Part shown: positions 56,078 through 64,000 of the stretch, piece after piece
Position numbering within the stretch: the first letter of the stretch is position 1
Layout: each line of letters starts with the position of its first letter
Assembly (NCBI GenBank): GCA_030949725.1
Contig: JAUZSE010000007.1
Coordinates: forward strand, 19,379-83,378
DNA: 64,000 nt
Direction of reading: 5' to 3'
Source of the DNA: Sulfurovum sp.
GTDB lineage: Bacteria; Campylobacterota; Campylobacteria; Campylobacterales; Sulfurovaceae
Translations under genes and position numbers: made by a program
Notes under the pieces: generated by a model
What the model saw: the letters and a program-made list of their open reading frames with translations, nothing else
Told to the model about the DNA's origin: nothing
The model's database searches: none

Positions 56078-57945
56078 TTATAATGCTCCCCCATTGCCTA
56101 GACCAGCAAAACAAATCTCAAATACCACCCCATCATCACTATTCTCTACTCTAATCTTCCCATCTAATCGCTCTTCTACCAACATCTTGACCATAGCCAG
56201 TCCAATGCCATGTCCTTGTGCATCTCCTTTGGAACTCACAAAATAATCAAAGACTTTTTCAATAGGTTTAATTTTAATCCCTCCTGCATTGTCTCTATAT
56301 CTAAGGATATGCTTCTTTTTATCACTTATTAGAGAGAGTTGTATTTGATTGTCATTTTGAGATTTAAACGCATCTAAAGAGTTATCAATCAGTACGATAA
56401 TAATATTTGAGAAAATATGTTCATAATTGATTATCTCTAAATTCTTGGGAATATCCATCGTTATTTTGGCATTTTTTAGTGTGCTTTTAGCAGACAATAG
56501 TGAAATGCTGTTGTTTATAGTTTCTTTAGGTGAAAAAGCGATGCTTTCCATCTTCCCAGAATAATAGTGAGAGAGTTCTATCATCGTCTTTTTCATGTGT
56601 TTTATAGAGTGAGTCATACATGGCAACTCTTTTTCAAGGTGCTGGAGTGTATTCTCTTTGTCGTGCCTAAAGATGGTTTCCAAAAGTGTAACAGAAGCAC
56701 CAAGTAGTGTAAGAGGATGTTTCCATTGATGGGTAATATGTCCTATCGCTTGTCCCATAGAAGCAAAACGAGACTGTTCCATTAACATTATTTTGGATTT
56801 ATTGTGTTTTTCACTCAATTGGCTATAGTAGTATGCTAAGGCTATTGAGAGTAAGAGTGCTTCAAAAAATGAGCCTATTTGAAAACCAAAAGTGGTTAAT
56901 ATACTTGAAGGAACTAGCCCAATATTACTAAAATGTGAGGTAGCAACACCTACAAGAAAAAAACTCCAAGCGATAAAATAAAAAAATGCATTAATATTTT
57001 TTTTGAAAAAAGCCAAATAAGAAACAATAATAAAAAGCATAATGACTTCAAAGAGGTTGCTAATGCTAACCATCTTTATACTGATACCATAGCCAAAAAT
57101 AAATGGAGTGAGTGCTAGTACAAAATTGAGCCATACCCAAGTATATAAAAATAGATAGAGTTTGGGTATGAGTACCTTCAAATTTAAAAAATAAATGGTA
57201 AACAAAAGACCAAAAGAAGCAGCAATTGACATAAATATAGGGATAACATATTTATTGAGAGCAGGTGTATCAGGCCAAAACAGTTGAAAAGCGATACCTG
57301 ATAATGCTAAGGCAAATATCATGTGTGAGAGATGAAAAAGTACATAATATAAGAAGCTTTTATTTTTGGTCATAAGATAAATAATAAAATTATACATAAG
57401 CATAATGCTAATAGCTCCAAAGTAAAAAGCGAACCATTTTATCTGCCTAAAACTAGATTTATAATAATCAGATATATTTTGGATAGTGATACCTATATTC
57501 ATGGAACTGGCAGAAATAATCTTGATGAAAAATGTCTTTTCTTGTAGAGGAAGTAGCGTAAACTCATAATTGGAAGTAGGCATTAAGGAGTTTTTGTTAT
57601 GAGGTCTATGGTCACCTAACTCTTTTTGAGAGTAAATCTTTGACCTTCTAATTCATAAATATCAATAACATCTAGTGATGGAGATTTAAATTCAAGTATC
57701 TGCTCTGTTACTTCTTTTGTCTTATTTTTGAGCGTAACCTTAACCCAAAACAGTTGATTAACAAAACCAAAGTTTGAATGCTCTTTTTCTAAAGGTAAAA
57801 AAAGCCCATCGTCACTTTTCTTTTTAATCTCAGTAAATGCATAGGGTCTATTTTCCAATTGTATATAAGACAATATACTCTTAACCTCTTCTTGTGCAGA
57901 GAGTAAAGTATGAAAAAATAAACTCATTAATAATAGCAGCCGCAT
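56078..57945 (-). CDS. 7TM-DISM sensor histidine kinase; one frameshift near 57620
   Basis: 7TMR-DISMED2 N-terminus (NFGF....WVK), seven TMs, HQWKHPL, DNAGGI and GHGIGL. Confidence 0.87.
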
Positions 57946-57953
57946 AACTTCCC

Positions 57954-58643
57954 CTAAACTTTAAACATATACCCATAAGCAGGGATATTTAAAATAACAT
58001 CTTTGCCTACCTTTTTGCGTAAACGGTAGATAATACTCTTGACGGCTTGTTTGCTTTTGACTTCAACAGAGTCAAGACAAAGATTAATCTCTTCCATTAG
58101 AACAATTTGATTTTTTTTCATAATAAAGAGTTCCAGTAGGCTAATTTCACTATTAGAAAGAGTCACTTTTTCCCCTTTGTCTATCAATGATTTACTAAAT
58201 CTATTATAGGAAATACAATCATTAATCACAATAATATCCAAACCATTGACTTCAATTTGCTCAATCATAGAGAGTAAAGTAGCCGTAAGTGAGGCATAAT
58301 CTATAGGTTTGATAAGATATTGAGCCAATGCAAGAGGGATAACGCTAAGTAGCTTTTCCTTGTCAGAATAATTACTCATAATCACAAGAGGGATATATCT
58401 ATCTTTTTGGCGTATGGCTTTACACAGCCCATAACCATCAAGCACGGGCATAGAGTAATCACTAATTACCATATCTATAGATTGAGTATGATAAATATCA
58501 AGGGCTTCTTGCCCGTCTTTTGCCACGATAATATCATTGAAAAATAGCGATAAAAGTGTATGAAGCTTATCTAGTAACGCTTCTTCATCATCTACGAGTA
58601 AGAGTGTAAAATTCTTTAAAATATTGAGTTTTTCTTCATTCAT
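57954..58643 (-). CDS. OmpR-family response regulator
   Basis: LLVDDE, SDYSMP, YLIKP and winged helix IYRLRKK...YGY. Confidence 0.92.
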   Translation of the reverse strand: MNEEKLNILKNFTLLLVDDEEALLDKLHTLLSLFFNDIIVAKDGQEALDIYHTQSIDMVISDYSMPVLDGYGLCKAIRQKDRYIPLVIMSNYSDKEKLLSVIPLALAQYLIKPIDYASLTATLLSMIEQIEVNGLDIIVINDCISYNRFSKSLIDKGEKVTLSNSEISLLELFIMKKNQIVLMEEINLCLDSVEVKSKQAVKSIIYRLRKKVGKDVILNIPAYGYMFKV

Positions 58644-58959
58644 TTTTAGCCTAATTTTTGATTTATTTTGTGCTTTAATATCATAATATATCAGAGTGGC
58701 AACGGAGTAGCAAAAGAATTTTTGCTTTGATACTACTTTGATTTTTTGGTTTGGTATACTTTGTTTAGATTTTAGGATAAATAGATAAATAGAAGAAGTT
58801 GAAGGGGATTTTAAAACCCTAACTAATTATATTTAGGTGGAAGATTATTCTTCTTAACAAATAAAATAAATTTTGGAGTTAGTGCCTATAAACTATAAAT
58901 TAAGGTTTAAAAGTTAGCTAATCTAAAAGTACTAAAGCTCAAGATTAAAAGGAAAATTG

Positions 58960-61779
58960 ATGCGAAAAAATATAATAATACCAATACTAATAATAGGTAT
59001 TTTACTAAGTGGGTGTAACTCTAACCAAAACAATGAAGAACCTTTAATGGATCAAAATTCTAGTCTTCAAAAAGATTTTCTTTTTGAAGACATTATAGTA
59101 AGAAGGATAAATGGGACACAAGGAAAATATGAAATAGATAATTTTCAAGAAGATGATGAGAATAGTTTTGATGATTTATTAGACTCTTTACCTTCTGTTG
59201 GAACTGTTAAACTAGACTATAGCAATGAAAAAACACCTCTTAAACTTATGAAAGGAAGTTTTTATAATATTAATATTAATTTTACAACAAATAAAAAATA
59301 TTCTTCAGCATTAGGCTTTAATCTTGTTATCCAAAATATTGATAATACAGAGTATAGTAGTATTTCTATAGATGAAATTATAATAGATGATATAAATGAA
59401 TCAGGAGAATATGCTGTAAATGTAGAAACAATTATTCCAGATGATATAAGCTTAACCGCAGGTAACTATATATTACTTATTGATATTAGAGGAGAAGATG
59501 TTAACCGAAGTAATGAGCAACTAGATTCAATGGAAGATTTAAAAACTATTCAATATATCGGAGGTTTTTATCTTAAATTAGAAGAAAAAGATATTTCAAA
59601 AACTATAGATATTGTGGATATATTTGGTGATGAATATATAGATTTACCTATAGATATGACATTTAAAAATGAAGTTACTAATGATTTTATAGGAAAATCT
59701 ACTTTAATTATATACAGTACTGTTTCAGGGAAAACACCACTTATTGTACGAGGTGTTATAGAAGTAGATGGAGCAAAATATCCACTAAAACTTCTTGATA
59801 CTAATGATGGAATTATCAAAGATGAAGTAGTGGTACAAATACCAACATTTGACGGAAACAATATAGAAGGAGGAGATAGAGACCTCTCTTACTTTTTAGA
59901 TAAAACTTCTTATGATGCTATTTTAGAAAAAGCTCCAGATTTATCTAAAGTCTTGGATAGTGATGGGATAGAAGGAAAAATTGTTTGGTATGTAGATACA
60001 AATAACAGTGATATAGAAACAAATGATATAGAAGAATCGTTATTAATTTCTAAATATGTAAAAAATCTTAGTTTAGAAGATGATTTTAATGTAGAAGCTC
60101 CAAAACTAGCAAGTGCTAATACAAGAACAACACGAGCATTTAATCCCCTTACTTTGGTTACTTCAGAATATACAATTAGTGACCGTTCGTTAGTTTCTTA
60201 TCTTGAGCAAGATGTATCTACTGAAGATTGGGACAATACTAGTAAAATAAAAAATTTTAAATTTGGTGCTATAGAAGCTTCTCTTGATTATGATAAAACC
60301 TATGTCTATCTATTTTCTGGAAATCAATTTGTGAAATATAATAAAAAGACAAAAGAGATAGATGGTTCACCTATAAAACTTAAAGATAAATGGCCAAATA
60401 CGGAGTTTGACTCTATTGATGCTGCTTTTAGATGGGATGATAAAATTTATTTTTTTAGTGGACATAAATATGCACGAGGTATAGTAAATGGCTCTCAATT
60501 TTATACAAAAGATAATATTTCAAGCTACTGGGATACTACATTAGGAAATTTTGCACCTTTTGATGCTGCATTTAGAGGAACTTCCCATGTTGGTACAGAG
60601 TATGTTTTTTTCTTAAAAGGAGATAAATACATTGCCTATGATTTTGCTAAGGATAAGTCTACATCTCCAATAACAATTAGTACTTGGGCTCACTCTGGAT
60701 ATGAGAATAATGAAGGATTTATTTCTGGATTGTCTGCTATATCTCCTATAGGAGATATAAGAAATCCACAAAAAATATTGTTTAAAGATGAAAAGTCTTC
60801 CTCTTCAGCTCTAATCAATGAGGGTATACTTTTTAAATATGATGCAGGTTTTAAGAAAAACTTTGGAAATAAGAAAAAGTTTGCTGTAACCTTTAGTAGT
60901 AATAATGAAATTCAAGCCAAATGGTCTTTACCTAGTATCAATGCAGAATCTAAATCCAATATATATATTGATATATATAATAAAATTAAATTAAATCTTT
61001 TAGAGTTAGATATTCAAGCAGGTATTGGTATTAGAAAAACCCATCCAAACTATAAAACAGATGATGATGGTGTAAGGAAAAAAGCTAAAACAAGAAGATA
61101 TGGGGCAAAAGCAACACTTTCTATACTTGGCTTAAGTATAGCAGAATCAGGTAATATGGAAGAAGAACTGATTGAAGAAGAATTGGATCCAAAAGATGCA
61201 AAAGAAGAATTGAAAGAAGCAGAAGAAGAGGGTGAAAAGAAAAAAAGATCACTAAAAATACCAACATATGAGTGGGAAGAAGAGAAAGTTTTATTTACAC
61301 ACAATTTCTTTACAGAAACATCATTACCACTTAAAGCAGAATTTGGAATATCAGGTTCTTTCAAAATTGAACCAGATTTTGATATAGTAGGAGCAGGGAT
61401 AGAGTTAAAGTTAGAAACACCTATGGCTATATCAGCTTTTATTCGTGGAAGTTTGAGTATAGAATTAGCTGAAGCAGGAGTAGAAGCAAAACTAAATATT
61501 ATACAAACAGGTGGAGAAGCTTCTGTTGGTGCAGGACTTAAAATCAATGAAGATAATGAATTACAAATAGTTGGGGAGGGGAATGTCAAATTTTACTTAA
61601 GACTTGTCAATGGGGAATTCAATATTTATGGAAAAGTCTTTAGGCCTACTCCATGGGATTTTGGCTGGAAAAAGAAAACATGGAATATATATACAACACC
61701 ATGGCTTTATAATAGAGAGTGGATGTTATTAGAATATAAAAAAGGTATCACTATTTTAGACCTAAAAGAGGTATTTTAA
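58960..61779 (+). CDS. Large lipoprotein with hemopexin-like repeats and a C-terminal amphipathic beta-sheet domain
   Basis: Lipobox LLSGC; repeats IEAS..YLFSG.QF, IDAAF..IYFFSG.KY and FDAAF..VFFLKGDKY; long alternating beta-strand C-terminus. Confidence 0.8.
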   Translation: MRKNIIIPILIIGILLSGCNSNQNNEEPLMDQNSSLQKDFLFEDIIVRRINGTQGKYEIDNFQEDDENSFDDLLDSLPSVGTVKLDYSNEKTPLKLMKGSFYNININFTTNKKYSSALGFNLVIQNIDNTEYSSISIDEIIIDDINESGEYAVNVETIIPDDISLTAGNYILLIDIRGEDVNRSNEQLDSMEDLKTIQYIGGFYLKLEEKDISKTIDIVDIFGDEYIDLPIDMTFKNEVTNDFIGKSTLIIYSTVSGKTPLIVRGVIEVDGAKYPLKLLDTNDGIIKDEVVVQIPTFDGNNIEGGDRDLSYFLDKTSYDAILEKAPDLSKVLDSDGIEGKIVWYVDTNNSDIETNDIEESLLISKYVKNLSLEDDFNVEAPKLASANTRTTRAFNPLTLVTSEYTISDRSLVSYLEQDVSTEDWDNTSKIKNFKFGAIEASLDYDKTYVYLFSGNQFVKYNKKTKEIDGSPIKLKDKWPNTEFDSIDAAFRWDDKIYFFSGHKYARGIVNGSQFYTKDNISSYWDTTLGNFAPFDAAFRGTSHVGTEYVFFLKGDKYIAYDFAKDKSTSPITISTWAHSGYENNEGFISGLSAISPIGDIRNPQKILFKDEKSSSSALINEGILFKYDAGFKKNFGNKKKFAVTFSSNNEIQAKWSLPSINAESKSNIYIDIYNKIKLNLLELDIQAGIGIRKTHPNYKTDDDGVRKKAKTRRYGAKATLSILGLSIAESGNMEEELIEEELDPKDAKEELKEAEEEGEKKKRSLKIPTYEWEEEKVLFTHNFFTETSLPLKAEFGISGSFKIEPDFDIVGAGIELKLETPMAISAFIRGSLSIELAEAGVEAKLNIIQTGGEASVGAGLKINEDNELQIVGEGNVKFYLRLVNGEFNIYGKVFRPTPWDFGWKKKTWNIYTTPWLYNREWMLLEYKKGITILDLKEVF

Positions 61780-63461
61780 TGAGAAATCGTCTAAGTATTC
61801 TTATATTTATATTTTTTATAACATTTTTAAATGCCAAAGAGTGTCATCAAACTTTAAAGTTTGATGATATGCATTATTTAAAAACCACTTTTGAAGGAAA
61901 TACAAAAAAAGAAACAAAAGTAATTCAAGAAAAACTTTATATTAACCACATAGAAGGAAAAGGGGATAAATATAGTATTTTTTGGTTTGGAGATAGCAAT
62001 ACTACAAAAAATGATGTAAATATTGAGTCATATAATGCACCTTTTTTGGTAGAGTATAAAGATATTAATGGAAGTTATCTGATAGATAAACTACATATAC
62101 TTTCTAAAGATAAAGAGATTGAGAAGCTCTTGTGGGCAAAAATAAATATTTTACAATTTGCTTCGACAGAAGGGATACATCACTTTAAAAACTTTACAGG
62201 TTATATAGAAGCAGAACAGAATCTCTTAAAAAAAGATTACAATATTAAAAGACTTAGTTCATTTGTAAATAATAGAGCAAATCAAAATGTCAAATTTGAA
62301 GATAGTAATATTATTATTACTCTTTTAGAAAATAGTTGTAAGATATGGAAGAGTTTAACGCTTAAAGAGAATCTTAAATCTACAAGTATAAAAATGAAAA
62401 TAGATGTTGAAGATGAGAGAATATTAAACTTAAATAATGTTGAAAATGATTTACCTAAAGATCATTGGTTTTATAAATTAACTATTGATATGAAATCATG
62501 GGGATTTAAACAAAAAGAAAATATGATCTCCTTAAGTACAGCACAATCCATATTCCAGAAAAAACAAAGTGAGATGTTGGGACTTTTAGGAGATACCCTC
62601 GCATTTGGTGAATGGGTAAAAAATAATATGGAATTTCTAAAGCATCTTAGTCTATTACTTGAAAATAACACACTAAATGATAATGTGAGCAAAAAACTAT
62701 TTGCTAAACTAGGTTATTTAAACTCTGTAGATACAACAGGTATTTTAGCTCAGGTAACACTGAACAAGAATATTATTGAAAAAGAAAGATTTAGAGGAGT
62801 AATGAGCCTTAAGAATACTTCAGCCCCCTTGAATGATGATTTATTAGAAGAGTTATTGGATTATGGTCTTAGTTCAGACAATGATAATATGATACAAAGT
62901 ATGACAGGAATGATTGTTGGTGGATTAGCAAAAGAGAGAATAAAACGAGTACCAGAACAAGCAGAACGAATCATAGATAGTATTATAAATACAATAGATA
63001 CAAAAGAAAATAAAACAGTTGCTCTTGCAGCAGCAGGAAATCTAGGAGAGATGGCTCCAAATAATCTTGTTGAAACAGTTGATAACATTCTAATGAATAT
63101 AGATGACGCAGATACACGAGCCAAAAGTGCAAATGTTATTAGTAAAATTCAAAAAAGTACATTAAGTACAACAGATTTTAAAGAGCTTATAGTAAATGAA
63201 ACAAATACAATGACAAAAACATCACTTATAAATGCAAGTGCATCAGCTACAGATTTTCAAAATAATACAGAATTCAATAGTATACTTTTAAAAATATCCA
63301 AGATTTCAGATTATACTAAAAATGAAATAGCAGCTATTAACACTTTAAAAAAAACAAATTATGGAAAGACAAAAGAAGAAAGAAGAGTGATAAGGAAGAT
63401 GATGATAGGAGTAACAGATAGTCAAAAACTAAAAGCATTAAAAGAGCTATATCGTAAATAA
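61779..63461 (+). CDS. Secreted protein with a beta-rich N-terminus and HEAT-like helical C-terminus (Vitellogenin_N-like)
   Basis: Signal peptide; PFLVEY..NG...I.KL and INILQ; VALAAAGNLG; TAATG coupling to the upstream gene. Confidence 0.72.
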   Translation: MRNRLSILIFIFFITFLNAKECHQTLKFDDMHYLKTTFEGNTKKETKVIQEKLYINHIEGKGDKYSIFWFGDSNTTKNDVNIESYNAPFLVEYKDINGSYLIDKLHILSKDKEIEKLLWAKINILQFASTEGIHHFKNFTGYIEAEQNLLKKDYNIKRLSSFVNNRANQNVKFEDSNIIITLLENSCKIWKSLTLKENLKSTSIKMKIDVEDERILNLNNVENDLPKDHWFYKLTIDMKSWGFKQKENMISLSTAQSIFQKKQSEMLGLLGDTLAFGEWVKNNMEFLKHLSLLLENNTLNDNVSKKLFAKLGYLNSVDTTGILAQVTLNKNIIEKERFRGVMSLKNTSAPLNDDLLEELLDYGLSSDNDNMIQSMTGMIVGGLAKERIKRVPEQAERIIDSIINTIDTKENKTVALAAAGNLGEMAPNNLVETVDNILMNIDDADTRAKSANVISKIQKSTLSTTDFKELIVNETNTMTKTSLINASASATDFQNNTEFNSILLKISKISDYTKNEIAAINTLKKTNYGKTKEERRVIRKMMIGVTDSQKLKALKELYRK

Positions 63462-63618
63462 ATTGTTCCTGTAAAAAAACAAGGTAGATTACCTTTTGGT
63501 ACTTCCGCATAGTTAGAGAGAAAGAGTTCAGCAGAGGTATCTTTCTCTTGGATGCATGATACGAAACTATATGCATAGGTAAAGGTATCGTTGCTACTCA
63601 TACTTTCTCCCTAAAGAT

Positions 63619-64000
63619 CTATAGTATCCACGCCATATATTTTTTCTTCTTAATCTTCACACTTTTTAAAGCTTTCAAGACTTTGTCTGCGACTGTATGG
63701 TGAAGTGCTATATATGATTTTGTGTCGGTGATATTTATTTTCCCTATCATACTGTTGTCTATGCCTATCTCTTTACAAAAAGTACCGATGATGTCACCTG
63801 CACGGAGTTTTGTTTTTTTGCCCCCATGTAGGCATAAGGTCTCATAATTAGATTGCATTTTGAAGTTTGCATCTACGCGTAAGGTTTTTTCTTCTGCTTT
63901 TTTTGCTCTATCTAGAGCATAGGTAGATTTTTCTCTGTCTTGTATTGTAAAGAGTGAGATGGCTTTGCCTCTTGCTTCAGCACGTCCTGTACGTCCTATG
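63619..64000 (-). CDS. dbpA: DEAD-box RNA helicase DbpA, 3' end (partial)
   Basis: IGRTGRA motif VI at the window edge and the DbpA RNA-binding domain GGKKTKLRAGDIIG. Confidence 0.9.
   Translation of the reverse strand, partial: IGRTGRAEARGKAISLFTIQDREKSTYALDRAKKAEEKTLRVDANFKMQSNYETLCLHGGKKTKLRAGDIIGTFCKEIGIDNSMIGKINITDTKSYIALHHTVADKVLKALKSVKIKKKKYMAWIL

Noticed and set aside
8401-57945. Widespread frameshifts (addB, soxY, methylase, ovoA, patB, kinases, MFP, RND) read as genome decay or phase variation
   Set aside because: Nearly all are single-base changes, mostly +1 and often in homopolymers, with no in-frame stops seen in the pieces. That pattern fits unpolished long-read error. Short-read polishing would decide.
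58760-58956. Riboswitch in the long leader of the island lipoprotein
   Set aside because: Only weak hairpins are present, and no recognisable c-di-GMP, cobalamin, TPP or SAM consensus; an Rfam scan would be needed
343-63576. Numerous short antisense or overlapping ORFs in the track (for example 343-696, 9367-9747, 53185-53640, 61050-61589)
   Set aside because: They are shadows of well-supported genes on the other strand or frame and show no motifs
1-64000. CRISPR array, integron attC array, tRNA or rRNA
   Set aside because: No regularly spaced repeats, integrase or recognisable structural RNA genes were seen by eye

Overview
Chromosomal window from a Campylobacterota sulfur oxidiser. Gene content and order (ccoNOQP-DUF4006-FixH-addB/addA, soxYZH) suggest a Sulfurovum-like organism; this is inference. 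In order it holds: the end of a caa3-type oxidase operon next to a complete cbb3 operon; addB and addA separated by two toxin-antitoxin pairs, a class D group II intron (RT broken by an ISAs1) and an orphan soxYZH; an HpyI/NlaIII-like methylase with a PD-(D/E)xK partner; ovoA plus a PatB C-S lyase; dacB, dapC and murC; an IS-damaged two-component/TolC-MFP-RND cluster; an Rpn nuclease gene carrying four IS elements (two directly in it, two nested); tonB with an OprC-like copper receptor; acpP-fabF-accA-dedA; an AT-rich island; and the 3' end of dbpA. The best novelty candidate is the island's gene pair at 58960-63461, which looks like a split, reordered bacterial homologue of vitellogenin/MTP large lipid transfer proteins fused to a lipoprotein anchor and a hemopexin propeller. 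Second is the intron's target, a REP-like palindrome. Many genes carry single-base frameshifts, mostly +1, that look like long-read errors. All family calls come from motif recognition by eye; no database search was run.
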